This document shows, in pieces, positions 23,015-33,199 of a stretch of DNA of 64,000 nt. The stretch lies in the sequence record MK310184; one strand, given 5' to 3'. A program made the translations under genes and the position numbers. Position 1 is the stretch's first letter. Each line of letters begins with the position of its first letter. The stretch comes from Phage NC-G. The notes under the pieces were generated by a model. That model had not been told where the DNA came from. It did not search any database and saw nothing but the letters and a program-made list of their open reading frames with translations.

Positions 23015-24511
23015 ATGCAAATTCAAGTACATTTTGATAATTTTAGTCATGTTCGTGTTGAGTGTGATGAATCCACCTTCTACGAACTCAGAGACTATTT
23101 CAGCTTTGAAGCTGATGGATATAAATTTAACCCTAAATACCGTTACGGGCAATGGGATGGGAGAATTCGTCTTCTAGATTATAACCGTAAACTTCCGTAT
23201 GGTCTAGTCCCACAAATTAAAAAATTCGCTGACCAGTTTGAATACTCTCTTTGGATAGACCCACGTATTCTTGAACAGGAAGATATTTCTCGCGAAGATT
23301 TTGACTCATGGGTAGCTTCACAAGAGATTTATTCAGGTTCTACCAAGATTGAGCCACATTGGTATCAGAATGAAGCCGTATACAACGGTCTGACAAAACG
23401 TCGTGCAATTCTGAATTTACCTACATCCGCAGGTAAATCATTGATTCAGGCGCTCCTGAGTCGATATTACGTTGAGAACTATGAAGGTAAAATTCTTATC
23501 TTAGTTCCTACTACTGCACTTGTCGACCAGATGATTAATGACTTCGTTGATTATCGTTTGTTCCCTAAAGCTGCTATGCTTGGTATTCGTTCAGGTACTG
23601 CTCGTGATTCCGATGCAATGATTTATGTTTCAACTTATCAAACGGCTATTAAACAACCTAAAGAATGGTTTGCTCAGTTTGGTATGTTTATGAACGACGA
23701 ATGCCATTTGGCGACAGGTAAATCAATTTCTACCATCATCGAAGGCCTAACCAATTGTATGTTTAAATTCGGTTTGTCTGGTTCTTTAAAAGACGGTAAA
23801 GCTAATTTAATGCAATATATGGGTTTGTTTGGTGATGTGTTTAAGCCGGTATCCACTTCACAGTTAATGGAAGAAGGACAGGTTACAGACCTTAAAATCA
23901 ACAGTATTTTCCTTCGGTACCCAGACGAATTCACTGTTAAGATGAAAGGTAAAGATTACCAATCAGAAATAAAGGTCATTACTAAGGCTACTCGTCGTAA
24001 TAAATGGGTTGCTAATTTAGCTGTTAAACTCGCTAAGAAAGAAGAGAACGTATTCTTGATGTTTAAAAACATCGAACACGGTAAAACTCTTTTTGAAATG
24101 GTTAAAGAGCAACATAAAGAAGTTTATTACGTATCAGGTGAAGTTAATACCGAAACGCGTAATGCTCTGAAAGTAATGGCGGAAAATGGTAAGGGTATTA
24201 TTGTTGTGGCAAGTTATGGTGTGTTCTCTACTGGTATTTCCGTTAAGAACCTTCATCATGTTGTATTTGCTCATCCGGTAAAATCTAAAATCATTGTACT
24301 CCAGACAATTGGTCGTGTACTCCGTAAACATGCTTCTAAATCAACAGCACAAGTTTGGGACATTATAGACGACATGGGCGTTAAGCCTAAATCAGCAAAT
24401 GCTAAAAAGAAATATGTTCATTTGAATTATGCATTAAAACATGCCTTAGAACGTATTCAACGTTATGCTGACGAGAAATTTAATTACGTAATGAAACAGG
24501 TGGATTTATGA
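23015..24511 (+). CDS. uvsW: UvsW SF2 helicase (recombination / replication fork remodeling)
   Basis: 498 aa; helicase motifs LPTSAGKS (Walker A), DECH box, C-terminal helicase domain; followed by uvsW.1 as in T4. Confidence 0.93.
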   Translation: MQIQVHFDNFSHVRVECDESTFYELRDYFSFEADGYKFNPKYRYGQWDGRIRLLDYNRKLPYGLVPQIKKFADQFEYSLWIDPRILEQEDISREDFDSWVASQEIYSGSTKIEPHWYQNEAVYNGLTKRRAILNLPTSAGKSLIQALLSRYYVENYEGKILILVPTTALVDQMINDFVDYRLFPKAAMLGIRSGTARDSDAMIYVSTYQTAIKQPKEWFAQFGMFMNDECHLATGKSISTIIEGLTNCMFKFGLSGSLKDGKANLMQYMGLFGDVFKPVSTSQLMEEGQVTDLKINSIFLRYPDEFTVKMKGKDYQSEIKVITKATRRNKWVANLAVKLAKKEENVFLMFKNIEHGKTLFEMVKEQHKEVYYVSGEVNTETRNALKVMAENGKGIIVVASYGVFSTGISVKNLHHVVFAHPVKSKIIVLQTIGRVLRKHASKSTAQVWDIIDDMGVKPKSANAKKKYVHLNYALKHALERIQRYADEKFNYVMKQVDL

Positions 24512-24735
24512 AGTCCTTTAAAGAAGTTATCTATGAAGCCTCTATTGAGAGCTTCATGTCTAAAATTAGTTCTTGTCAAACCATGGACGGTTTGGAGGAA
24601 TTGGAGAAGTATTACAAAACTCGTAGTAAAGAAGCTGAGCTTCGAGATTCGGATGATATCAGTGTTCGTGATGCCTTAGCAGGTAAACGAGCTGAATTAG
24701 AATCTATGGACGACGAGGAAGAGGAAGATTTCTAA
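24508..24735 (+). CDS. uvsW.1: UvsW.1 small acidic protein
   Basis: 75-aa ORF ATGA-coupled to uvsW, acidic C-terminus DDEEEEDF; matches size of T4 UvsW.1. Confidence 0.8.
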   Translation: MKSFKEVIYEASIESFMSKISSCQTMDGLEELEKYYKTRSKEAELRDSDDISVRDALAGKRAELESMDDEEEEDF

Positions 24736-24795
24736 ACAAAAAAGGCCCAACCTTTCGGAAGGGCCAATAACCATAAAATGGCTATACACACTAGA

Positions 24796-24963
24796 CTAAA
24801 GTAGTAATTGGGTTTCGTTCAGCTGTTCTTCAGTGTTTTCCGTAACAGGCATGCTTTGAACGTAATTATAACATGAACCCGGATGAACCGGACCTTTTTC
24901 TGTTTCAACAACCAATGCAGCATCGATTGGAGTTTTACAGACAACGCAAATCTTATCTGACAT
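24796..24963 (-). CDS. Small Cys-containing protein (55 aa), uvsY.-2 position
   Basis: Hand-translated minus-strand ORF MSDKICVVCKTPIDA...HPGSCYNY with AGGAGA SD; below the 60-aa cutoff of the ORF track. Confidence 0.5.
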   Translation of the reverse strand: MSDKICVVCKTPIDAALVVETEKGPVHPGSCYNYVQSMPVTENTEEQLNETQLLL

Positions 24964-24991
24964 GATTGTCTCCTTAGTTTAACTTACATAT

Positions 24992-25090
24992 CTATTTATT
25001 ACTTGCTAAAGCGGCATTAATGAATTCTTGGAGAAGTTTCATCTTATCGGCACCTACTTTAATGGGTTTGATATTTTTAGTACGTCTCAT
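24992..25090 (-). CDS. Possible micro-ORF (32 aa), uvsY.-1 position
   Basis: ATG overlaps uvsY stop (TAATG); basic peptide MRRTKNIKPIKVGADKMKLLQEFINAALASNK; coding status uncertain. Confidence 0.3.
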   Translation of the reverse strand: MRRTKNIKPIKVGADKMKLLQEFINAALASNK

Positions 25091-25524
25091 TATTTGCCAG
25101 CCTCAAATTGTCTCATTTCATGCATGGTCTTAAGGTTAAAACCTCGCGCCTTAATAGCATCCAGTGCTGAACTACAAAAGTCCTGTAATAAGGCCCAATA
25201 CTGGATTGATGTATCTATTTTAATCACGCTAGAATCTGCGGCCATTACAGTCTTTAATTCTGACTTCTCATATTGGTCCATACAAACCTCATCACCAGGC
25301 TCTCCACGTCCCGTGTAGAAATCTAAACGCTTCTTAAGAGAGGTCTTTTTCTGGATTTCTAATCGCATTATCTCTTTCTTACAATTCGTATACAGCCTTA
25401 GCCATTTGCTGTGCAGCAAAACGTTGTTCTGAACTTCATACTGTAAACGAGTCCCATCAATCTTTAAATCTTCATCCAAAGCATCCTGAAACGACTCTAA
25501 TTTATATTCAATCTCTTTACTCAT
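25090..25524 (-). CDS. uvsY: UvsY recombination mediator protein
   Basis: C-terminal half ...KLQYE..NNV.L.SKWL...EIQKK...LDFYTGRG......DQYEKSELKTV...IDTSIQYWALLQDFCSSALDAIKARGF matches T4 UvsY; start set at internal ATG with AGGAAA SD (144 aa). Confidence 0.9.
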   Translation of the reverse strand: MSKEIEYKLESFQDALDEDLKIDGTRLQYEVQNNVLLHSKWLRLYTNCKKEIMRLEIQKKTSLKKRLDFYTGRGEPGDEVCMDQYEKSELKTVMAADSSVIKIDTSIQYWALLQDFCSSALDAIKARGFNLKTMHEMRQFEAGK

Positions 25525-25582
25525 CGCATGTTTCCTGTGTAATAACCATAGGACCATTATACACTATTCATTTGAACAGCAA

Positions 25583-25972
25583 TTAACCACTCTGTGAGAG
25601 CTGGATTCTAATTTGCTCTAATGTATCCGGGTCGTCAACAATACTAAACTGGACGGTTACTATAATAGAGTTGTCATCATAAACAGGGGTAACGCCTACG
25701 GCAAGAGCAGAAATTCTAGGTTCGAAGTTCCGAACGGCAGAAACTATATTACGCTTAATGGTATCCGTGATTAATGGGGTAATATTCTCAAATAGTTGAT
25801 TACTGATATCACAACCAAATTCAGGCATAAAAGGGCGAGAACCCTTACGAGTAGTAATAATGCCTAACAAGCTATTTTTTACTGCGCGAGCCCCTGTAGC
25901 TTTAGCGACGTCTCTATTCCAAGACGTCCTCATTTCAGGGTCTAAATCTGAATACATTTTATCGATATTCAT
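25583..25972 (-). CDS. 25: Baseplate wedge protein gp25
   Basis: 129 aa (T4 gp25 132 aa), gp25/GPW fold-family size, coupled to gene 26. Confidence 0.9.
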   Translation of the reverse strand: MNIDKMYSDLDPEMRTSWNRDVAKATGARAVKNSLLGIITTRKGSRPFMPEFGCDISNQLFENITPLITDTIKRNIVSAVRNFEPRISALAVGVTPVYDDNSIIVTVQFSIVDDPDTLEQIRIQLSQSG

Positions 25973-26595
25973 TACATCACCTTAAAGAACTCTTTAAGTC
26001 CCTCAATAACGTGGACGGTATGCTCACCACATTCACAAGAAATAGGTATGGCCAAAATAGGCTTAGGGGCGACTAGAGCATCATAAATTTCTTTTACATC
26101 TTTTTCTGTTATCACAGAATAAAGGTCGTCTAGTTCCGCATCACTTAAATCAGAAAGAAGAAGCTTTTCGCCTGCAGAAGTTAAAATATAATCGATACAT
26201 CCTGCAACCATCATAGCCCTATTTTTGTCTTCAAAGAGCTTAGGATATCTGAACACTATTTTAAAGTTGCCGAAGTCCTTAATAATATCAGGCTCTTTAC
26301 CTAATGTAGCGCGAGTTAACGTCATAGGGACAACCTGGGAGCGGCCACAACTGCAAACCCACTCACGTTCTATATTCACTTCAGCTAGTGAATGGGCCCA
26401 CAGGTTTATCACCAGGAGCTCAGATTCTTGCTTGTTTAAACCACGAGCATCTGTGCAATTCAAAATGAGTTCATTGATAAAGGGCTCTATTCTGTCTTCT
26501 AATTTAGCTTGGAGCAAGTCCTTATACTCTCTGAGGGTAAATGCTCTGCATTTTATGGTCTTGTTTTTAATTTTTACGTCAAAAGTATAATTCAT
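25972..26595 (-). CDS. 26: Baseplate hub protein gp26
   Basis: 207 aa (T4 gp26 208 aa), divergently arranged with gene 51. Confidence 0.85.
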   Translation of the reverse strand: MNYTFDVKIKNKTIKCRAFTLREYKDLLQAKLEDRIEPFINELILNCTDARGLNKQESELLVINLWAHSLAEVNIEREWVCSCGRSQVVPMTLTRATLGKEPDIIKDFGNFKIVFRYPKLFEDKNRAMMVAGCIDYILTSAGEKLLLSDLSDAELDDLYSVITEKDVKEIYDALVAPKPILAIPISCECGEHTVHVIEGLKEFFKVM

Positions 26596-26613
26596 TGTCT
26601 TCTCCTTTAAGCT

Positions 26614-26625
26614 TATTTATAAATA
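26614..26625. promoter_or_regulatory. Overlapping divergent late promoters (TATTTATAAATA) for gene 26 (-) and gene 51 (+)
   Basis: tatttata (minus-strand TATAAATA) at 26614-26621 overlaps plus-strand TATAAATA at 26618-26625. Confidence 0.6.
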
Positions 26626-26645
26626 CATCAATAAGAGGATACCCT

Positions 26646-27398
26646 ATGGCTAATATAGTACGTTGCGAAATGCCTGATGGAGTCCACCGATTTAAACCTT
26701 TTACAGTAGCTGATTATCGTGATTTTATTTTGATTCGAAATGATATGAATAATAAATCACCTGAAGAGCAAAAACAAATTTTAGATGAGTTACTGGAAGA
26801 ATACTTTGGTGAGTACCCTGTGTCATGGCGCCCATACATGTTTATTGAATTGTATACGTCATCTCTCGGCAAGACCAAAATTCCTATCCGATACACTTGC
26901 AGTAAGTGTGAAAAGGATAGACAAGTTTTATTCAATTTGAAGCAGACCGGGTTAGTTAACCCTACAATTGAAGTGGCTGGCTTGAAATTGACATTCAAAT
27001 TCCCTGAAATAGAATATCATGATAAATCCGAATTGATTTTGAATACCCTCCAGTCAGTAGAAGATGAAAATGGGGTTTATAACTGGACAGACCTTTCTGA
27101 AGAAGACCAGTTAGCCGTAATAGATGCTATAGACTTATCTACTTTAGAGGATATAGTCAAACAAACAAGCCCTATTCATTTCGAGCTCAAATATGGGTGC
27201 TGTAATCGTAGAACAATTACATACACTGACATTTTAGAAGTGTTTAAACTTATAGTCAATCCGGATGAGATATTTTTATTTTACCAAATAAACCATTTAC
27301 TGGTAAAGAACAACTATTCATTAGAAAGCATTATGCAGATGATTCCAATCGAACGCGGTATTGCTTTGTCTTTGGTTGAAAAGGACCTTAAGAAATGA
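26646..27398 (+). CDS. 51: Baseplate hub assembly catalyst gp51
   Basis: Start set at MANIVRCEM with AAGAGGA SD (250 aa; T4 gp51 249 aa); syntenic. Confidence 0.85.
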   Translation: MANIVRCEMPDGVHRFKPFTVADYRDFILIRNDMNNKSPEEQKQILDELLEEYFGEYPVSWRPYMFIELYTSSLGKTKIPIRYTCSKCEKDRQVLFNLKQTGLVNPTIEVAGLKLTFKFPEIEYHDKSELILNTLQSVEDENGVYNWTDLSEEDQLAVIDAIDLSTLEDIVKQTSPIHFELKYGCCNRRTITYTDILEVFKLIVNPDEIFLFYQINHLLVKNNYSLESIMQMIPIERGIALSLVEKDLKK

Positions 27399-28564
27399 GT
27401 TCAAAAACTATGCAGCGTGAAGGCTTTCCTAATATTAGTATACGCCTTTACGAAGATTATGACGCCTGGTTAGAGCATCGTTTTGTTGAACTAGGCGCGA
27501 CATTTACTACCCTAACAATGCGAGATGGTCTTTATGGTAATAATGAAGGATTGCTCCAGTTTTATGATGCAAAAAACCTTCATACTAAAATGGATGGTGA
27601 ACAAATTATCCAAGTTTCTGTTAAGAATGCCAACTCGGAACGTACCCAATCAAGAATTTACGGAAGTAAACACTTTGCAGTAGGGGTGGATTCTAAGGGC
27701 GACAATATCATAACAATACAACTCGCCCCTATCCACTTTTTAGAAAATCTTAAATTCGGACGTATGTTCTTCCCTAGTGTCCAAGAAACATTAACAGAAA
27801 TGATTGGCGTTATTTACCAGGACCGACCGCTCCTTGCACCCCCATTGAACGGGATAAACGTTTATGTTCCTAATGTTCCGTGGTGTGATTCTATGGACAG
27901 ATATATGGAATTTGTACGAGAAGTTGGTATGGCCGTTGAATCCGATAAATTTGTATTTGTCTGGGAAGATATAGATGGTATTTCTATAATGGACTACGAA
28001 TTTATGGTTAATCAAGAGCCTATCAATTTTGTGGTTGGTGAGCCTCGTTTAATAGGCCAATACGTCCAAGATATGGATACTCCTATTGCATTTGATTTTG
28101 AGTGGTTAACTAAAGCTAACCAACATACCCGAAAACCTTACGAAAATGCTACAGTATACGCCCATTCGTTCTTAGATAAAAACGCCACACGAATTACTTT
28201 TGGTGATGGACAAAACAGTATATTGGTTTCTCGTTCAGGTGGATATTCTGATTATACCTACCGAAACGGATTTGAAGAAGCCGATAGATTGGTTACTATG
28301 GCCCAGTATGATGGGTACGCTCATTGCAAGGTATATGGGAACTTTGAATTAACTCCAGGTGATAAGATTAACTTCTATGACCCTAAAAACCAATTCCAAT
28401 ACGATTTTTATGTAGACGAAGTTATTCATGAAGTGAGTAACAATACATCAATTACAAACCTTTATATGTTTACTAATGGTAAGCCTATTAAGATTGAAGA
28501 GCCACCGAAGGTTAAAAATGAACTTAAAACTGATACTCCCGATCAAGAAAATAACGCTGGGTGA
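27395..28564 (+). CDS. 27: Baseplate hub protein gp27
   Basis: 389 aa (T4 gp27 391 aa), ATGA-coupled to gene 51. Confidence 0.92.
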   Translation: MSSKTMQREGFPNISIRLYEDYDAWLEHRFVELGATFTTLTMRDGLYGNNEGLLQFYDAKNLHTKMDGEQIIQVSVKNANSERTQSRIYGSKHFAVGVDSKGDNIITIQLAPIHFLENLKFGRMFFPSVQETLTEMIGVIYQDRPLLAPPLNGINVYVPNVPWCDSMDRYMEFVREVGMAVESDKFVFVWEDIDGISIMDYEFMVNQEPINFVVGEPRLIGQYVQDMDTPIAFDFEWLTKANQHTRKPYENATVYAHSFLDKNATRITFGDGQNSILVSRSGGYSDYTYRNGFEEADRLVTMAQYDGYAHCKVYGNFELTPGDKINFYDPKNQFQYDFYVDEVIHEVSNNTSITNLYMFTNGKPIKIEEPPKVKNELKTDTPDQENNAG

Positions 28565-29039
28565 TAAAGAGATTTCCATTCCTAAATTAGGTCTTAAACA
28601 CCAAAAATTGGTTAAAGATGAAAAGGACCCATATAAAGCTCTTCATATATTAATGAATTCCATTTATAAGGGTTTAACTGCGGCAGAGACTGATTTCGCT
28701 GCTCTTCATCTTTTAGAATTCAACGGACGGTTAAAAGAAAAGGTGACTAAGGATGGATTTACATATAACCTAAATGACCTTTATATCTGCCAACGTCTTG
28801 AATTCCAATTCCAAGGTAAAACATTTAAATTTAAATCACACGAACCGTTCCAAACATTTGGTCCTGTTGATAGTGTACTACAATCTCTTTACCTTGGCGA
28901 TGATGTACCAGATTTTCTGGATATGCCTGCCTTTGTTGCTACATGGGCCGACGATATAACTTCTACTGTAGCTATCCCTGGTCCTAATGGTCCTATTAAA
29001 GGATTGCTTAAAATCATGGATATCTTAAATGAAGAATGA
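28518..29039 (+). CDS. 28: Baseplate hub distal subunit gp28
   Basis: Start set at internal ATG giving 173 aa (T4 gp28 177 aa); overlaps end of gene 27. Confidence 0.8.
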   Translation: MNLKLILPIKKITLGDKEISIPKLGLKHQKLVKDEKDPYKALHILMNSIYKGLTAAETDFAALHLLEFNGRLKEKVTKDGFTYNLNDLYICQRLEFQFQGKTFKFKSHEPFQTFGPVDSVLQSLYLGDDVPDFLDMPAFVATWADDITSTVAIPGPNGPIKGLLKIMDILNEE

Positions 29040-30765
29040 ATCTAATCAGAATAGTTTTCGTCGCAATAAACTGATTGAAGAAATGGCTCCTCAGCGTCGT
29101 GCTGAGGCGCTAGCTCAAACCCAGAACGACGAATTAGGAAATATAACAGAAGCTTTATCAGAAACCCAGGCGGCTTCTGAATTGCTCTCTGAAGTTGTTG
29201 AAACAAAGTCTAATCAGATTATTAATTCTATAGACCGAGTAGATAAAAGTGTTCAAGATGTTGTCGCCGGAACAGAATTAACAGCCGAAGCTATATCAGA
29301 ACAAACCCAACAATCTAAAGCTCTTTCGGATGCATTAAACGAAAAGATTAATAAGCTTTCTAATATGTTGGAGGCTAAATTTTCTGGTATTTCTATACCA
29401 CCAGAAGGGAGCTCGTTAAAGGTTATTGAAGACTCTATTCCAGAAGAACCTAAGGCCGAAACTCCTAAAGTCCCGGCAGTTGTTGAAGATATTCTTCCAC
29501 CTGAAGATAATAAACCTGATGCTGAATTTGTACCGGAACCTCCTAAAAATTCGGATGAAGGTAAAGAAGGTGATAAGTCTTCTCTTTCTGATAAAATCGA
29601 AGCCCTTACAAAAATAACCGAAAAAGGATTTAAAGCTTCTATAGGCGTCGCAGATAGAATTTCAGGTATGCTTTTTAAGTATACTATTACTGCTGCTGCA
29701 GAAGCCGCTAAACTGGCTGCAGGCCTGGCCCTTTTAATATTTGGTATAGATGCTATTCGTGTATACTTCCAATATTTCATGGACCAATTTAATGAAGGAT
29801 GGAAAAAATTTAACGATAAGTTTAAAGAGTGGGGTCCTGTACTTGAAGGATTAATGACCTGGGCCAAGAATGCTGAAGCTATGTTTAGCGAAAGAAATTG
29901 GCTAGGTCTGGCTGAAGCTATTATTCGCGGTATGGTTAATCTTACCAAAAATATGGCACAACTGTTAATGCTTGGTATTTCTAAATTGATTTCTGCTATT
30001 TTAAGTAAAATACCGGGTATGGGTAATTTGGCTGAAAACGTAGAGGCATCCGCTTTAATGTCGTATCAACAAAATACCGGAGCCACTTTAGATGACGAAG
30101 ACCAAACTAAAGTAGCCAAGTACCATGATAGACGTTCAGCTGAGGCTTTAGAAACAGCCGAGAAAATGAATAAGAAGTATAAGGGTAAACCTGAGCTTAT
30201 AAACCAGGCAGAGAAATACGGTAACCTTACTAAAGAACAAGCCGACCAATTACGCGCTGGTGGAATTGACACAAGCTTCCGTGACCTCCCTGAAGAAGAA
30301 CGTTTAGAGTATTTTAAGAAACGTGATAAAGCCCAGGCTGATATTATTCGTTTAACCCAAACCGCCGATAATATAATGAAGCCTGATTCTAAAGATATCG
30401 AAAATGCCAAGGCATTTAAAGCGGATATCGAGAAACAATTGACTGACCCTATTATGGCTAAAGGTGGAGCACCTAAAGACCTTAATATTCAGCAATTACT
30501 TGATAAGATGAATAAATCTTTAGAGAAATTTAATGAAGCTGAAAAGCCTAAACCTGCTTCTGTAGCGGAATCTCCTGAAAATACCCAGGTTAAAAAGGTT
30601 GACGAGCAAATGAGAGCAAAGGAAAATGCTAAATATAGTCAGCAAGCTCCAACTCAAATAAATCAGCAAACGAATATCAAGAAAACGAGTAAGACTAGTT
30701 ATAATTTACCACCACAGTCTTCCACTCCTGCTCCTGGTATGCGTCAAGCTACTAAAGTTAATTAG
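29029..30765 (+). CDS. 29: Tail tape-measure / baseplate hub protein gp29
   Basis: 578 aa (T4 gp29 590 aa), syntenic between 28 and 48. Confidence 0.88.
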   Translation: MKNESNQNSFRRNKLIEEMAPQRRAEALAQTQNDELGNITEALSETQAASELLSEVVETKSNQIINSIDRVDKSVQDVVAGTELTAEAISEQTQQSKALSDALNEKINKLSNMLEAKFSGISIPPEGSSLKVIEDSIPEEPKAETPKVPAVVEDILPPEDNKPDAEFVPEPPKNSDEGKEGDKSSLSDKIEALTKITEKGFKASIGVADRISGMLFKYTITAAAEAAKLAAGLALLIFGIDAIRVYFQYFMDQFNEGWKKFNDKFKEWGPVLEGLMTWAKNAEAMFSERNWLGLAEAIIRGMVNLTKNMAQLLMLGISKLISAILSKIPGMGNLAENVEASALMSYQQNTGATLDDEDQTKVAKYHDRRSAEALETAEKMNKKYKGKPELINQAEKYGNLTKEQADQLRAGGIDTSFRDLPEEERLEYFKKRDKAQADIIRLTQTADNIMKPDSKDIENAKAFKADIEKQLTDPIMAKGGAPKDLNIQQLLDKMNKSLEKFNEAEKPKPASVAESPENTQVKKVDEQMRAKENAKYSQQAPTQINQQTNIKKTSKTSYNLPPQSSTPAPGMRQATKVN

Positions 30766-30767
30766 GA

Positions 30768-31862
30768 TTGATAATGAAAGTAAAAGAAATTGACATTGAC
30801 GTAGCCTCCTTATTTAAAGGAGGTTCAAAAACCTCCGCGGGCCAATCTAAAGCTAAACCGGCCCAAACTACGGTAACTGCCCAGTATCCAGCCGAAAGGG
30901 CCTCGGGCAATGATACCTCTACAGATATGGTGTTAAACGATTTATATAAAAATGGATTACTTTTTACGGCATATAATTTTAGCTCTCGCGTATCACCTGA
31001 TTTACGTAACGACCGCTCGAGCCAAATGACCAAAAAGTTTTCAAAAGCTGCAGGTAAACTTACCGGTAATACTGGAGGGTTCAGTGCTGTTAAAAACTTG
31101 TTTAGTAACAACTCTAAAGGAGTTAAATTTGATAGCCAGGCTTTAGCCAATATTTTGCTCCCTCGTTCCAAATCTGATGTTGATTCGGTTACGCATAAAT
31201 TTAATGATGTAGGCGAATCATTAATTACTAAAGGTGGTGGTACTGCTACAGGTATTTTGAGTAACGTTGCCAGTACTGCTGTATTTGGCGCATTGGAATC
31301 TGTAACTAACGGTGTAATGGCCGATTCCGGTGAGCAAATATACACAACCGCTCGTAGTATGTATGCAGGCCCGGATAACCGTACTAAGGTATTCACTTGG
31401 GAAATGACCCCTAGAAACGCCCAAGACCTTATTCAGATTATTAAAATATATGAAATCTTTAATTACTATTCTTATGGTGAAACAGGCAACTCTGCCTTCG
31501 CCGGCGAATTAAAAGAGAAGATTGATACATGGTACCGTTCCACGTTTAAAAAAGAAGCTATTGATAACTTTGACGGCAAGCTATTAGGAGAAGGTATCAC
31601 AAGTTTCCTTTCTAATGTTATTGTGGTAAGTAACCCAACTATTTGGTATATTCGAAACTTTGGTAATACAAGTTCATATGACGGACGCGAAGATATTTTC
31701 GGACCGTGCCAAATCCAAAGTATACGATTTGATAAAACTCCTGACGGACATTTTAATGGTTTGGCTATTGCTCCTAACTTACCATCCACGTTTAGTTTAG
31801 AAGTTACTTTCCGTGAAATCATTACTTTGAACCGTGGCTCACTTTATACGGAAGGATTCTAA
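30768..31862 (+). CDS. 48: Baseplate tail tube cap gp48
   Basis: 364 aa, same length as T4 gp48; syntenic. Confidence 0.9.
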   Translation: MIMKVKEIDIDVASLFKGGSKTSAGQSKAKPAQTTVTAQYPAERASGNDTSTDMVLNDLYKNGLLFTAYNFSSRVSPDLRNDRSSQMTKKFSKAAGKLTGNTGGFSAVKNLFSNNSKGVKFDSQALANILLPRSKSDVDSVTHKFNDVGESLITKGGGTATGILSNVASTAVFGALESVTNGVMADSGEQIYTTARSMYAGPDNRTKVFTWEMTPRNAQDLIQIIKIYEIFNYYSYGETGNSAFAGELKEKIDTWYRSTFKKEAIDNFDGKLLGEGITSFLSNVIVVSNPTIWYIRNFGNTSSYDGREDIFGPCQIQSIRFDKTPDGHFNGLAIAPNLPSTFSLEVTFREIITLNRGSLYTEGF

Positions 31863-32815
31863 TGTATACTTTACAAGAATTTCAAAACCAGGCAATTAAC
31901 ATTGACCTACAAAGGAATAACCTGTTTAGTGTAGTATTTGCTACAGTTCCTTCTTCTAAATCCCAAGCGCTCCTCGACCAGTTCGGTGGAGCTTTATTTA
32001 ACAATATCCCGTTGAATACGGATTTGTTTGGAATTACCCAAGGAGATTTAACCCAAGGTGTTACGACATTAGTGACAGCGGGCACTCAGAAGTTGATTCG
32101 TAAGTCTGGCATAAGTAAATATCTGATTGGAGCTATGTCATCCAGGGTTGTGCAGAGCTTACTAGGTGAGTTTGAAGTAGGTACATATCTTATGGATTTT
32201 TTCAATATGGCTTATCCTACGGCAGGTCTTTTAGTCCATGCCGTTAAAATCCCGGATAATACATTGAATTATGAAATGGATTTGAACCACAACTCGCCTA
32301 ATATCAAAATTACCGGAAGAGAATATTCTCCATTAGTATTAAGCTTCCGTATGGATTCTGAAGCCGCTAACTACCGTGCTTTTAATGATTGGGTCAATAG
32401 TGTCCAAGACCCTATTACACAATTAAGAGCATTGCCTGAAGATGTTGAAGCTGACATCCAAGTCAACCTTCATTCTCGTAATGGATTGCCACATACGGTG
32501 GTAATGCTTAATGGATGTGTTCCTGTTAGTGTTTCATCGCCGGAATTATCCTATGATGGTGATAACCAAATTGCTTCGTTTGATGTTACATTTGCTTATA
32601 GAAGTGTGCAGACAGGTGCAGTTGGTAAACAAGCTGCTTATGAATGGCTGGAAGATAAAGTCCTTAAAGGCGTAGCAGGTATAAGTGAGAGTAACTCATT
32701 AAGTGCTTCTGTAGCTAAATTAAGCCGACTTTCAGGAGCTTCTAGTGGATTGACTGGATTGGTTAATACATTTGGTGGGCGTGCTATTAATAATGGAATA
32801 TCCAGGTTGTTATAA
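31862..32815 (+). CDS. 54: Baseplate tail tube initiator gp54
   Basis: 317 aa (T4 gp54 320 aa); TAATG-coupled to gene 48. Confidence 0.9.
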   Translation: MYTLQEFQNQAINIDLQRNNLFSVVFATVPSSKSQALLDQFGGALFNNIPLNTDLFGITQGDLTQGVTTLVTAGTQKLIRKSGISKYLIGAMSSRVVQSLLGEFEVGTYLMDFFNMAYPTAGLLVHAVKIPDNTLNYEMDLNHNSPNIKITGREYSPLVLSFRMDSEAANYRAFNDWVNSVQDPITQLRALPEDVEADIQVNLHSRNGLPHTVVMLNGCVPVSVSSPELSYDGDNQIASFDVTFAYRSVQTGAVGKQAAYEWLEDKVLKGVAGISESNSLSASVAKLSRLSGASSGLTGLVNTFGGRAINNGISRLL

Positions 32816-32823
32816 CAAAAAAA

Positions 32824-32841
32824 GGAGAGCTTACGCTCTCC
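32824..32841. terminator. Bidirectional hairpin terminator between gene 54 (+) and the alt region (-)
   Basis: ggagagcttacgctctcc stem-loop flanked by A-run and T-rich sequence. Confidence 0.7.
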
Positions 32842-32850
32842 TTTAGGGGT

Positions 32851-33141
32851 TTATTTACGGAACGAGATAAAACCTGCGGCGGTCATTAATGGCTGCTTTT
32901 TAACAAAGACCGTGATAGAAATAGGAGCTTCAGATTCAAGCTGGCCGGTTACTACACCATTAAAGATATTTTCAGTTTGTTCGGGTTGTGAAAAATTTTC
33001 AACCGGGCGTAAGTCGAACTGTTTGTCTTCGCCGAAAACTCGACGTAATTCATTACCTACTGCACTGTCGAACTCTTCAGAAGCAGGGATAACGTTTTCA
33101 ACTACCAGCTCTTGACCATTAAAACGGAATGCAGATTTCAT
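32851..33141 (-). CDS. Hypothetical early protein (96 aa) downstream of alt paralog
   Basis: ORF preceded by its own GTTTAC/TACTAT early-promoter cassette and GAGGAG SD. Confidence 0.55.
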   Translation of the reverse strand: MKSAFRFNGQELVVENVIPASEEFDSAVGNELRRVFGEDKQFDLRPVENFSQPEQTENIFNGVVTGQLESEAPISITVFVKKQPLMTAAGFISFRK

Positions 33142-33199
33142 AATGTTCTCCTCATGTTTGTGTAAGGTAATAGTACCACATCCTTGTGGCGTTGTAAAC
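33142..33199 (-). promoter_or_regulatory. Early-promoter cassette upstream of ORF 32851-33141
   Basis: Minus strand: GTTTAC-N18-TACTAT...CATGAGGAGAACATT-ATG, with hairpin CCACAAGGATGTGG in the spacer. Confidence 0.6.
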
